This document shows, in pieces, positions 41,001 to 51,000 of a stretch of DNA of 64,000 nucleotides (the stretch's first letter is position 1; each line of letters starts with the position of its first letter). Origin of the DNA: Nannocystis bainbridge. GTDB lineage: Bacteria > Myxococcota_A > Polyangia > Nannocystales > Nannocystaceae. The position numbers and the translations under genes were made by a program. The stretch lies in contig NZ_JAQNDL010000002.1 in assembly GCF_028368995.1 (NCBI RefSeq), positions 192,001 to 256,000 on the forward strand. Direction: 5' to 3'. The notes under the pieces were generated by a model. That model saw nothing but the letters and a program-made list of their open reading frames with translations, was not told the DNA's origin and did no database searches.

Positions 41001-41633
41001 TCGGGGGAGTGCTACGAAGATCCCGAGGTCTCGAACCTTCTCACCAGCCGGATCCGCCTCGGCGAGGACGAGCAGGACTCGCGGCAGAACTCGCTGTGGC
41101 CGATCCCCAGCTGCCCGGCCGGGAGCAATCGGCCCGACGGGGCGGCGCCGAACCCCTGCTTCATCGACGTGTCGCGCCCGGCGACGCTGAGCAGCCAGGA
41201 CACCGCTCGCGCGCTGTACCACTTCTTCATGTACGGCCCGCCCGAGGACGGTCAGCGCCCGGTGCCGGCGATCCGCTACAGCAACCCGATGATGAGCTTC
41301 GTGCTCGACCTGACGAGCCTGCTCGATCTGGCGGCGCCGATCCCGGGCACCGACGACGCGCTGTGGCCGGCCGAGTTCGCCGAGTTCAAGCGATCGCGGA
41401 TCCCGGGTCGCGCCCGCGAAGCGTTCGGGACCAAGGCGGGTTATGCGCCTTATGACGCAAATGTGGTCACGGCCAGCGTGACGCTGACGGGGCCGACGCG
41501 GGTCGTAAACGCGCCCGAGCTCTCGACCGTGTTCGTGGTCGACAGCGCTGGCGGCACGACGCGCGGGCAGGTCGTGCGCGTGACCCTCGCCGGCGGTCAG
41601 GTCCAGCCCGACGTCCGGTTCCTGGTCCGCTAG
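38049..41633 (+). CDS. Large cysteine-rich lipoprotein (1194 aa), function unknown
   Basis: Lipobox ATSC; 4 bp after the preceding gene; many Cys and propeller-like segments. Confidence 0.75.
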   Translation: MTRRPATTRVNLSALAALVVLTAGATSCGNRQNQVVPNRVLDRPLDMALACVRNENGVLTPQSLDLCSDAVSESVCGDLRLVGFVANSERNDIAMFSRCAGSVIDMNIGAPGPQLISAGEVPSSMTVTTGLQAGCFAVSGNLGSCDLSVLDVTGLASYAFEEPPEEDPAAYVSTVAPRRADGTPLGARPGQVLAVPPELSNTGEPMQGCDPANPGSVYVTFPSCQLIAEVDLRTQRILQSRQFVRDPKNDAITVVDTGADPSCPIDCAEQFEDPDYADALASAPTGDPDGMYPLAMALVTPPVDPTACVDLADLAIEDVSLYVGGLGSDNVYELRFDNKTWTDDPLEFELTAAQGISAIRPTPPMLMASGNNLEPEPYQFLYVIAGDGSTRVVRRDFSPNRTELGSECDTQVDPTVVTAAACHPAEFPGENPPDRRPFARGPGIRGPNGSLITDWTFQKWYRSSEVEAAGGSFDRCPSSSADTAEATAEGREISSPFTGPGVVGVASTSFGRLVFGVFDQFQDDRRIATAYDYLGIMDAQIPPHSLWPNVDPTQPTTTIESLPRMDDKAPERLLPNGISDPTVTRVLSPSLRRIDRAYETRVSCDDDNDCNDSRCLKSPGEVTGYCEQLGPALSPPVSEREQDRLAKSDADDDVMASGLYENDVVRAVVRDYSAWVTGTWNLFWEGEIPGTTSSSGQLLCEEPGWAGGTCLSTTAGDTRLVDKTAQFCERGVLGGDKLFILGCNQDPECGAGQYCLLDPQAPAGSPGLCVSEVSYGTSREELLQMCRPFLRDDCGSARREWAITRAFQQELWLQVLDRPLDSFVMMRGEGTSASTPVTEVEREGLCRGDYVVGHVVDDEATCARASDEPNCGADGALPCCSPDYEFIGDPGFVECEGRLSCAPAQPDNGCSTHADCAALSSEFPLCLDGLCKRQCGDDEDCSLTPLPGPECFRELIRYQVLARNSFIVRGPYDFLPQKVKADPDSGECYEDPEVSNLLTSRIRLGEDEQDSRQNSLWPIPSCPAGSNRPDGAAPNPCFIDVSRPATLSSQDTARALYHFFMYGPPEDGQRPVPAIRYSNPMMSFVLDLTSLLDLAAPIPGTDDALWPAEFAEFKRSRIPGRAREAFGTKAGYAPYDANVVTASVTLTGPTRVVNAPELSTVFVVDSAGGTTRGQVVRVTLAGGQVQPDVRFLVR

Positions 41634-41756
41634 GAACGCCGACCCCGGCGGGTCCTGCGAGCGTGAGGGGGCGGGACTGCCGCCGCCCGCGCAGCGGGGC
41701 CTGGGGGCGTGGAGCAGCGCGGTGAGGCTTGGGGGCGCCCCGGCACTTGCGTTACC

Positions 41757-42536
41757 ATGGGCGCCGCGGTGCCGCAGTTCAAGATCAAGTTCGGGGGGCG
41801 CACCTTGTCCCTCCCCACTGGGTCCCACCTGGTCGGGCGCATGAGCGACTGCTTCTTCACGCTCGACGACGACCTGACCTCGCGCTACCACGCGCGCCTG
41901 CACGTGTCCGCCTCGGACCTGCAGGTCGAGGACCTCGACAGCAGCAACGGCACGTTCCTCAACGGCCAACGCCTGCCGGGTCGCGTGAAGACGCAGCTGG
42001 TCCACGGCGACAACCTGAAGATCGGCCGCGAGGTCATCGCCATCCTCAGCGACGGCAGCCAGGCGCCCGTCGACGATCCGATGGACAGCCTGCGCAAGAC
42101 CATCGGCCCGCACGAAGAGACCCAGTTCCCGTCGCTCATCAGCCAGCTGGTCCAGAAGAGCCTCAACATGGGCAAGATCAAGGAGGCGGAGCGCTACGCG
42201 CTCGCGCTGACCAATCAGCTCATGGGCTCGAGCGTGCCGGTCGATCACCCCACGGCCAGGTCGTGCGTGGTGTGCCTGATCGCCCTGGCCCAAAAGTCAT
42301 CCTCGGGCGTGTGGCTCGACCGCGTGTTCCGCCTGCACGCCGTGCACGGGTGGCTGATGCCCGACGAGATCATCGAGCAGCTCCGCGGCGCGCTCGACCG
42401 CATCACGCGGATCCCCGGCACCGGCCTCGAGGACTACGAGCGCACGCTGCGAGAGATGGCCCGCGACGGCGTCGACGTGCCGCGCGGGTTGATGTCGACG
42501 ATCGCCGAGTTCAGCGACGCCTTCGGCGGGCCCTGA
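41757..42536 (+). CDS. FHA domain protein
   Basis: VGR..SRYHA..EDLDSSNGTFLNG..GDNLKIG. Confidence 0.9.
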   Translation: MGAAVPQFKIKFGGRTLSLPTGSHLVGRMSDCFFTLDDDLTSRYHARLHVSASDLQVEDLDSSNGTFLNGQRLPGRVKTQLVHGDNLKIGREVIAILSDGSQAPVDDPMDSLRKTIGPHEETQFPSLISQLVQKSLNMGKIKEAERYALALTNQLMGSSVPVDHPTARSCVVCLIALAQKSSSGVWLDRVFRLHAVHGWLMPDEIIEQLRGALDRITRIPGTGLEDYERTLREMARDGVDVPRGLMSTIAEFSDAFGGP

Positions 42537-42659
42537 GCTTCTTCAGCGGGTGAGCGGCGTAAGCCGTCGCAAGCGACGCGACGCTTACGGTGCGCGTCGT
42601 CCTGCAAGATTGTGCGCGTGCATGGAGCACGCGCCGACGTGCTTGAGAGCGACATCCCC

Positions 42660-43250
42660 ACGCGTGCATCGTCCGCTTCCGATGCGGCGTGTGCTCGCAT
42701 CGAGGATGCGTCGTTATGCTCGGTGATTGAGAAGCAGCGATCAGGGCGTCGTTCTCCTCCGATGCGGCGGGCGCTCGCATCGAGGATGCGTCGTCATGCT
42801 CGGTGATTGAGAAGGAACGACGACCTTGTCGCGTGCGTCGTCCGCTTCCGATGCTGCGGGCGCTCGCATCGAGGATGCGTCGTCATGCTCGGTGATCGAG
42901 AAGGAGCGACCACGGCGTCGTCCTCCTTCGATGCGGCGGGCGCTCGCATCGAGGATGCGTCGTCATCCTCCGCCTCTGATGCGGCGGGCGCTCGCATCGA
43001 GGATGCGTCGTCATCCTCCGCCTCCGATGCGGCGGGCGCTCGCATCGAAGATGCGTCGTCATGCTCGGTGATTGAGAAGGAGCGATCACGGCGTCGTCCT
43101 CCTCCGATGCGGCGGGCGCTCGCATCGAGGATGCGTCGTCATGCTCGGTGAGTGAGAAGGAGCGACGATGTCGTCGCGTGCGTCGTCCGCTTCCGATGCT
43201 GCGGGCGCTCGCATCGAGGATGCGTCGGCATGCTCGGTAGGTGAGAGCAG
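42660..43250. repeat. REP/BIME-like mosaic of 8 hairpin repeats between convergent genes
   Basis: Core CGATGCGGCGGGCGCTCGCATCG-AGGATGCGTCGTCAT at about 42680, 42760, 42849, 42929, 42977, 43025, 43105 and 43194. Confidence 0.9.
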
Positions 43251-43366
43251 CTCACCATGCGCATGAAGCTCGTCGGATGACGACAGCACCGATCCGGAGC
43301 GAGCAGGTGCAGCTCGCTCGTCAGGATCGGTGCTCACGGCGGCGCGGCCCGTGACGGGCGCGGCGC

Positions 43367-44869
43367 TCAGGAGTGCATGCGCTTCTTCTTGCGCCGGCGC
43401 CGACGCGGGGCCGTGGCCTCGTCCTCTTCGACCGCGGGCGGCGGCGGCGGCAGCGGTTCGTCGTCGGCGAAGTCGACGTCGGCGGCGAGCGGGGGCAGGC
43501 CGAGGCGGTCGCGGCGGGCGTCGCTGAGCTGGAAGAAGTTGGCCAGTTCCTCGAGCACGGCGAAGCGCAGCTCGTGGTCGAACTGCTCGGCCGAGCGGGC
43601 CAGGCGGACCAGGTTGCGGCGGTAGATCGCGAGGCCGGTCAGCTCGGGCGGCTCGTCGTCGGAGCCGCCGCGGGTGGCCAGACTGAGCGCGCTGATCCGC
43701 GGGTCGACGCCCTCGAGCACCAGCTCGAGCGACGGTACCTCGTGGACCAGCAGCACCAGCGCGGCGCGGCGCTGGCCGAGCTCGCGCAGGGTCTCGTCGG
43801 GGCAGTTGCTGAGGATCTGCACCACCTTGCGGTGCAGCTGCGCCGGGCTCGGCAGCCACTTCGGCGGCGCGTGGTTTTGGTCGAGCCGGTACACGCGCAG
43901 GGCCGCGTGGCAGGCCGCGCGGGCGTCACCGCGGGCGTACTCGGCCTCGCTCAGCAGGTGCCAGGCGTCGCCGTTGTTGGGGAACCGCTCGGCCGCGGCG
44001 CGCAGGGCCGGCAGGGCCGACTCGGGTACGCCGAGGTCGAGCCACAGCCGGCACATGCGCAGGATGAACTGCAGCACGCGCTGGACCTGGGCGCCGCGCT
44101 CCTCTTCGTCGAGCGGCTCGCCGTCCTCGTCCTCGTCGAGCTCGGCCACCGCGGCTTCGGCGGCCTCGGCGGCCTCGGCGGCCTCGGCGGCCTCCTCGGC
44201 GTCGACGGCTTCACCGTCGCCGCCGGCCTTCGCCTCGCTGTCCTCGCGCACGATCACCGGACGCCGGCGGCGACGCTTGACCGAGCCGTCGAGCTCGAGG
44301 TCGGACGCCTGCGTCGAGGATGAACTCAAGGACATGTCCTCTTCGCCAGCCTCGATGTCGCCGGCCTCGAGCGACGCGTTCAGGATCGCGGAGAACAGCG
44401 GGTGCTCGCGCAGCGCGTCGAGGCGGGCGCGGGCCTCCTCGTCGCGGCCGAGCGAGACCAGGCACTCGGCGCCGAGCAGCTCGAGGTCGAGGGCGTCGAT
44501 GGCGCTGACCGACTCGACGCCGAGGCCGTCGTCGCAGAACTGCAGGGCGCGCGCGGAGTCGCCGAGGTCGAACAGGGCGATCTGGGCGGCAGCGGCGTAG
44601 GGCTCGAAGTAGTCGGGGTCGAGCTCGATCGCCTGGTCGTACCAGCGCAGGCTCTCGACCGGGTCGCCCTCGGCGAGTGCGATCGCGCCGAGCAGCACCG
44701 CGGCGTCGGGCGCGTCGGGGCGGATCCGCTGGGCCTGCAGCGCCGACTGGCGCGCGGCCTCGTAGTCGGCGCGATCGAGCAGAGACCAGCCACGGTCGAG
44801 ATGGGCCGCGTAACGGCTGGTCTCGCCGAAGCCGGAGTCGTCGAGGTCTTCCCCGTCGCCGATCGACAT
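43367..44869 (-). CDS. TPR protein with C-terminal minimal zincin-like domain lacking HExxH
   Basis: TPR helices; IYRRNL..ELRFAVLEELANFFQL where this family usually has HExGH. Confidence 0.7.
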   Translation of the reverse strand: MSIGDGEDLDDSGFGETSRYAAHLDRGWSLLDRADYEAARQSALQAQRIRPDAPDAAVLLGAIALAEGDPVESLRWYDQAIELDPDYFEPYAAAAQIALFDLGDSARALQFCDDGLGVESVSAIDALDLELLGAECLVSLGRDEEARARLDALREHPLFSAILNASLEAGDIEAGEEDMSLSSSSTQASDLELDGSVKRRRRRPVIVREDSEAKAGGDGEAVDAEEAAEAAEAAEAAEAAVAELDEDEDGEPLDEEERGAQVQRVLQFILRMCRLWLDLGVPESALPALRAAAERFPNNGDAWHLLSEAEYARGDARAACHAALRVYRLDQNHAPPKWLPSPAQLHRKVVQILSNCPDETLRELGQRRAALVLLVHEVPSLELVLEGVDPRISALSLATRGGSDDEPPELTGLAIYRRNLVRLARSAEQFDHELRFAVLEELANFFQLSDARRDRLGLPPLAADVDFADDEPLPPPPPAVEEDEATAPRRRRRKKKRMHS

Positions 44870-44990
44870 GCCCGCTCCGTATAGCACGCCGTGCCATGGT
44901 TCGGACGGGGCGCGCGCGCGGCCGAGGTCGCCGCGGACGCATGGCCGATTGCTTGGGCCCGTCGACGCGGCCGGCGTATGCTCGCGGGCC

Positions 44991-46817
44991 ATGAGCCGAT
45001 TGCCCGCACGTTCGCGACCGGGTGCGCCGGGCCCGAGGGTCCTCAAGCCGCGCGGAGGCTCGCTCGGGCGAGCGCTCCTTCACACCGCCGTGATGGTCGC
45101 CGTGCTCGGCGCCTGTCGTGGATCGCAGGCGGTCGGTCCGGCGGGGCAGGCGACGCGCAGCGTCGATCCCGGCCAGGTCGATCCGGCGTTTCAGGGCGAA
45201 TGGGACGCCGTGCAGGCCGCCCACGAGAAGGACCCGAGCGGGGCCGCGGTCGTCGAAGCGGCCGATCGTCTGCTCGCCCGCGACCCGCCGCTCAACCTGC
45301 GGCTGGCCGCACAACAGTTGAAGGCCGACGCGAACCTCGAGCGCGGAGACTACGCGGCGGCGCTGACCTCGGCGCGCGCGGGTCTCGAGGACGTGGCGAA
45401 GGTCCGTGCGAAGGGGACCGATCTCGCTCCGCCCGAGCGCGAGCTGGCCGAGGACCTCGGTCGCACCCGCGCGCTCGCCGAAGCCGAGGTCGGGGATCCA
45501 CAAGCGGCCCTGCAGGCCATCGCCGCGGCGACCCGCGGCGACCGCGGTCCAGATCTCCTCGCCGCGACCGCGCGAGCGCGCGAGCGCCTCGGCGACCGGG
45601 CAGGCGCGGCGCTGGCCTACGCGCAGTGGCGCGAGGTCGTGCCCGACGGCAGCGCCGCGGCCGCGCTCGCCGAGGCTCGCATGCGCGAGCAGTGGCGCGG
45701 CCTCGACGCGAGCGCGCTCGAGGAGGCGGCGCGCACGGCCGCCGGGACCGCGGCCGCGCAGTGCCTGCTGGTGCGCGCCGGTCGAAGCGCGCCGGCGGGC
45801 GCTCCGGCGTGGGTCGGCGGCTGTCAGGCGGCGAGCGCCGGCGGGCCGCCGCGGATCGGGCTGCTGCTGCCGCGCTCGGGCAAGTTCGCCGGGCTGGCCG
45901 ACGTGCAGCTGGCGGCCGCGACCGCGGCGGTGCGGGTATTGGCCGGGCCGGCCGGACGCGGCCTGCAGGTCGCTTGGGAGGATGCCGGCTCGAGCCCGGC
46001 CGAGGCCAAGCAGGCCGCCGCGGCGCTGCTCGCCTCGGGCGCCTCGGTGCTGGTCGGCCCGGTCGGCCCCGGCAACGTCGAGGCCGCCGCCGAGGTCGCC
46101 GCCGCCAGCGGCGGCCGGGCCCGGCTGGTGGTCCCGGGGGAGGGCGCAGGTCAGGTCGTCGGGGTCGCACCGACGATCGAGGCCCGCGCCGCCGCGCTCG
46201 CCCAGGCCGTGGGCCGCGCGAACCGCACGACTGCGGTGATCCTCGCGCCCGACAACGCGTACGGCAAACGCGCCGTGGCGGCTTTCGAGAAATCACTTCC
46301 GAAGATGGGGGTGAAGTCTCTGAAAACAATCTACTATCCGGCCAACACGACAAGCTTCAGCAAGATCCTCGACCCGGTCCGCTCGAGCCTGAAGACGGCG
46401 GCGGTGCTGATCCCCGACCAACTCGGGCGGGTCGAGCTGGTGGTCCGGCAGATGGTCCGCGACGGCGTGGTCGTCGAGCGCGCCAAGCAGCCCGGGGTGC
46501 CGGTGCTGACGACCGCGGAGGGCTGCTCGCCCGAGGCGATCGGGGCCGGGCACGAGGTGCTGGAGGGCGTCCTGGTGGCGCCCGCGGGCTGGGAGACGCC
46601 CGAGGCGGCCGGCTTCACCGAGGCGTACACGGCGATGGAGGGCTCGGGGCCGCCGGACCAGGCGTGGCTGGTCTACCGCGCGGTCGCCCAGGCATGGGCC
46701 GGCGGCGACGCGGCGCCCCCTCCCGCGGCGGCCGTGCTCAGGGTAGAAAGCGGTCGCTTTGTCGCGACCGAATCGGCCGTCTCGCTCACTCCCGCGGAGC
46801 GCCCCCAGGGCCGCTGA
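44991..46817 (+). CDS. LpoA/LppC-like lipoprotein (TPR plus type 1 periplasmic binding fold)
   Basis: Lipobox VLGAC; IGLLLPRSG, LVGPV, ILAPDNAYG motifs. Confidence 0.75.
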   Translation: MSRLPARSRPGAPGPRVLKPRGGSLGRALLHTAVMVAVLGACRGSQAVGPAGQATRSVDPGQVDPAFQGEWDAVQAAHEKDPSGAAVVEAADRLLARDPPLNLRLAAQQLKADANLERGDYAAALTSARAGLEDVAKVRAKGTDLAPPERELAEDLGRTRALAEAEVGDPQAALQAIAAATRGDRGPDLLAATARARERLGDRAGAALAYAQWREVVPDGSAAAALAEARMREQWRGLDASALEEAARTAAGTAAAQCLLVRAGRSAPAGAPAWVGGCQAASAGGPPRIGLLLPRSGKFAGLADVQLAAATAAVRVLAGPAGRGLQVAWEDAGSSPAEAKQAAAALLASGASVLVGPVGPGNVEAAAEVAAASGGRARLVVPGEGAGQVVGVAPTIEARAAALAQAVGRANRTTAVILAPDNAYGKRAVAAFEKSLPKMGVKSLKTIYYPANTTSFSKILDPVRSSLKTAAVLIPDQLGRVELVVRQMVRDGVVVERAKQPGVPVLTTAEGCSPEAIGAGHEVLEGVLVAPAGWETPEAAGFTEAYTAMEGSGPPDQAWLVYRAVAQAWAGGDAAPPPAAAVLRVESGRFVATESAVSLTPAERPQGR

Positions 46818-47901
46818 CGCGCCGTCCGGCCCGGGCCGGCGCGGTCCTCATGGCGCACCGGCAGAGGCCGGTCGGGGCTCTCGCGCCCGACCCGAAGCCC
46901 AGCCGGAGCGCGGGCACGGAGCCCAAGGCTCGCCGGAGCGTGGCCGTGGGGCCCAGGGCTCGCCAGAGCGTGGCCGTGGGGCCCAGGGCTCGCCGGAGCG
47001 TGGCCGCGGGCCGCAGCCCGGGTCGCGCGACGGCCAGCACGGGCGGCCAGATCCGCGCGGGCGTGACGGTCAGCGCGGCCGTTCGGAGGGCCCGGAGCGG
47101 GGCCCTGGAGCGCGTGCGGGCGACAGGCCCTCGCTCGGGCGCGACGACTACCTCGTGCCCGGCGAGCGGGCCGTCGTCGAGCTGCTGCGCGGCGCCCCGG
47201 CGCGGGTCAGGCGGATCCTCGTGCTGCCCGGGCACGAGCTCGAGCTGCGGCGTCACGCGCCGTCCGGCGTCACGATCGATGTCTGTACACTGGACGCGAT
47301 CGCCGCGGTGATCTCGCCCGAGCTGGCGCGGGGGGTCGTGGCGATCGCCCGTCCGCCGCGCGCCTGGGACCTTGAAGAGCTGCTCGAACTCAAGCCACCC
47401 AAAGGTGCCAAACAACTGTTGATTGCGCTCGATGGAGTGCAAGATCCACACAACCTCGGGGCGATCGTGCGGAGCGCTGAATTCTTCGGCGCGACTGGGG
47501 TGTTCTGGGCCCGTGACCGGTCGGTGGCGGTGACGCCGACGGTGGTGCGGGCGTCGGCGGGGGCGACCGAGAGGTTGCCGCTGGGGCAGGTGACGAACCT
47601 GGCGCGCGCGCTGGCGCGGGCCAAGGAGCTCGGCTTCTGGGTGGTCGGCACGGTTGCCGAGGCCGGCGCGGACCTGCGCCGACTGGCCGCGGACGGCATG
47701 CCGGACGCGCTGGTGCTGGTGCTCGGCAGCGAGGGGTCAGGGCTGCGCCGGTTGACGCGTGACTCCTGTGATTTTCTCGCGACCATTCCGGGCGCGGGCG
47801 GAGTCGCGTCGCTCAACGTCTCGGCGGCGGCTGCCGTCGCGCTCGCGACCCTCTGTACGCCGGCGCCGGTCGAGGTCCCGATCGAGCGGGACGGCGGGTG
47901 A
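46759..47901 (+). CDS. rlmB: 23S rRNA (G2251-2'-O)-methyltransferase RlmB/TrmH family with repetitive N-terminal extension; start uncertain
   Basis: LDGVQDPHNLGAIVRSA, RASAGA, VLGSEGSGL, SLNVSAAAAV. Confidence 0.85.
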   Translation: MSRPNRPSRSLPRSAPRAADAPSGPGRRGPHGAPAEAGRGSRARPEAQPERGHGAQGSPERGRGAQGSPERGRGAQGSPERGRGPQPGSRDGQHGRPDPRGRDGQRGRSEGPERGPGARAGDRPSLGRDDYLVPGERAVVELLRGAPARVRRILVLPGHELELRRHAPSGVTIDVCTLDAIAAVISPELARGVVAIARPPRAWDLEELLELKPPKGAKQLLIALDGVQDPHNLGAIVRSAEFFGATGVFWARDRSVAVTPTVVRASAGATERLPLGQVTNLARALARAKELGFWVVGTVAEAGADLRRLAADGMPDALVLVLGSEGSGLRRLTRDSCDFLATIPGAGGVASLNVSAAAAVALATLCTPAPVEVPIERDGG

Positions 47902-48047
47902 ATCCGGGGGAGTCCGAGTCGCCCCGCGATTTCGCGGCCGGCTGCTTTAGGACCTAGCGAAGCAGGCAAATCTTCGCCACCCTATGGCAGCCTTCGCATG
48001 CCGCTCGCACGGCAGACGCCCCGCGGCGTCGCCCCTTGAGGCTTTCT

Positions 48048-51000
48048 ATGTCCGAACTCCGCTCCGTCCTGTTTCAGTTCCTGACCCAACCGTCTGACCC
48101 GGCACGGCGCAGTGAACTCGCCGCCTCGTTGGCTTCGGTCGACCTGGCGACGGCGCGCGCCGAGGCCAAGCAGGACCCCGGCTCCGGGGACGCCGCCGCG
48201 AAGGTCGTCGGCCGCATGATCCTCGACGGCGCCAGCAACGAAGAGGTCGTCGAGGTCGCCAAGCTGGCGGCGCAGAAAGCTCCGCGCGAGGGCGCCGGCA
48301 ACGACGTGGCCCTGCTCGCGGGCGTGGTGGTGTGGCGGCTGTCGAACCAGGCGACCCAGGCCGAGCCTTACTTCCGCCGGGTCCGCCGCAACGAGCCCGC
48401 CAATCCCCAGATCCTCGCCTTTTATCGCGAGATGTTCTCCGCCGACGCGGACGCGAGCCAGCTCATGCAGGTGCTGGTGCAGGCGCGCCGCTCGCTGAAG
48501 AAGGAAGACACCGACCAGCGCTTCGCGCTCGCCCACGAGATGGCGGACCTCGCCGAGAAGAAGCTCGGCAGCATCGACCGCGCGATCGAGGTCTGGCGCT
48601 CGGTGCTGCGCGAGGACGGCTACGACCCGCGGGCCGCCAAGGCGCTCGAGCGGCTGTACCGCGAGGGGCAGAAGTGGACGGCGCTGGTCGAGCTGTTGAA
48701 GGAAGAGTTCGACCGCGTCCAGGACCGGCCCGAAAACCGTGACGAGCGGATCGGACGTCTGCTCGAGATCGCGGAGCTGTACCGCGACCAGCTGCGCCTC
48801 GACGCCATGGCGCTGTCGATGCTGCAGCGGATCCTCGAGATCAACCCGCGCCACGCCGCCACCATCAAGGCGCTGGCCGACACCTACGGCGCGTCGGGCC
48901 GGTGGAACGACCTGCTCACCGTCTACGGCCGCCTGCTGGACGCCGCGCGCGCCGAGAAGGATGTCCCGCGCCAGATCGACATGCTGCGCCGGGTCTCGAG
49001 CATCTGGGTCGACCAGCTCGACAACACCAGCAAGGGTATGGAGCCGCTCCACGAGGCGCTGCGGCTCGGGCCCGACGACCGTGAGACCCGCGACGCGCTG
49101 GCCCGCATCCACGAGCTGCGCAAGGACTGGCGCGCCCTCATCGACCTGCGCAGGGACGAGCTGGCGGGCGCCAGCGGCGAGCGGGCCTGCGAGCTGCGCA
49201 TCGCCCTCGCGCGCATCGCCGAGGACAAGCTGAACGACCGCGCAGAGGCGATCGCGGGCTGGCGCGAGGTGCTGGCGCAGCACGGCGAGGTCGAGGAGGC
49301 CTTCGTCGCGCTCATCGACCTCTACGAGCGCGAGGGCCGGTGGTCCGAGGCGACCGACATCCTCCGCCGCCAGATCGACGCCGCCGCCGCGCCGGTGCGC
49401 AAGGTCGAGCTGCTGGGCCGCCTGGCCCACTTGCAGGCCGATCGGCTCGGCCAGCCCGAGGCCGCGATCGAGACCTGGGCCGCGGTGGCGCGGCTCGATC
49501 CGAGCCACCACGAGGCCAGCGAGGCGCTGCGCGCGGCCTACGTCGCCGCCGGCCGCTGGGACGACCTGGTCGCCCTCTACGACGCGCAGGGTCGCCTCGG
49601 TGACGTGCTCGACGTGCTCTACGCCGCGGCCGAGCAGCTTACCGACGAGGACCCGAGGATCGCGCTGTACCAGCGGATCGCCGGCCTCGCGCAGGGCCGC
49701 CTCGGCGCGGCCGAGCGCGGGCTGGAGGCGCTCGAGCGGGTGCTGGCGCTGCGCCCGGGCGACCTGGCGGTGGCCCGCGAGCTGCTGCCGATCTACCGCG
49801 AGCAGGGCAGCTGGCACCGCATGCTGGCGACCTACGAGGTGCTGCTGGCCGGCGTGAGCGACGACGACGACCGCCTCGAGCTGCTCGCGGTGATGCGCGA
49901 CATCGCCCTGCAGAAGCTGAGCGACCCCAAGCTGGCGCTGCAGTGGGCGGCGCGGGCCTACGAGCTGCGGCCGACCGACGGGGTGCTGCGCGCCGGGCTC
50001 GAGGCCGCGGCCGGGCGGGCCGATGGTTGGTCCGAGCTGAGCGCGATCTACGAGCGCCGGATCGCCGCGGCCGACTGTGACAACGGCGAGCGGCTCGAGC
50101 TGCTCGACAAGCTGGCGACGATCGCCCGCGAGCGGCTCGGCGAGCCGCTCGAGGCGCAGCGGTTCTTCCGCCAGATCCTCGACCTCGACCCGGCCAACAA
50201 GGTCGCCCACGCGGCGCTCGAGGAGATCTACACCGCGACGTCGCGCTGGGCCGACCTCGCCGGCGTGTTCCTCATCCGGCTGTCGGTGACCCGCGAGAAC
50301 AACGTGCGCCTGCCGCTGCTGCGCCGCGTCGGCGCGCTGCAGGAGCACAAGGTCGGCGACCTCGACGCCGCGATCGAGACCTACCGCGAGATCGTCGGCA
50401 TCGCCGCCGGCGACGGCGAGGCCCTCGACGCGCTGACCCGGCTGTACCGCGCGCGCGGCCGCTGGGCCGAGCTGGCCGAGGTGCTGCAGCGGCGGCTCGA
50501 CTCCGGCGAGTTCCGCGGCGAGCAAATCCCGGTGCTGTTCGAGCTGTCGCAGCTGCACGCGACCCGCCTGCTCGACTCGCAAAAGGCGATCGCCGGCTTC
50601 CTGCAGATCCTCGCCGTCGAGCCCGATCACCTGCCGACGATCGACGCGCTCGAGGTGCTGCGCCGCGCCGACCCGTCGAGCGCGCTCGCCATCATGCGCG
50701 GGCTGCTGCCGTACTACCGCAGCATCCACGACCACGGCCGCGAGGCCGAGGCGATGGAGGTCATCACCATGGCCGAGCCCGACGCCGCCACGCGGGCGAG
50801 CGGCCTCTCGAGCCTGGCCGCACTGTACAGCCAGATGGAGGGCCGTCGCGCCGACGCGCTGCGGGTCCGTCGCGAGCTGTTCGTGATGAACCCCGAGGAC
50901 GCGGAGCTGCGCGGCGAGGTCGAGCGGACCGGCCGCGAGCTGCAGCGCATGGACCTGGTCGCCGGCGCGTATGGGCAGATCCTGCAGAACATGCGCCGGG

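Noticed and set aside
42612-43151. Short ORFs across the repeat array
   Set aside because: They are translations of the DNA repeat in several frames, with no RBS or codon bias
42660-43250. CRISPR array
   Set aside because: Inter-repeat segments are reused rather than unique spacers, periods are irregular (48-89 bp), and no cas genes are present
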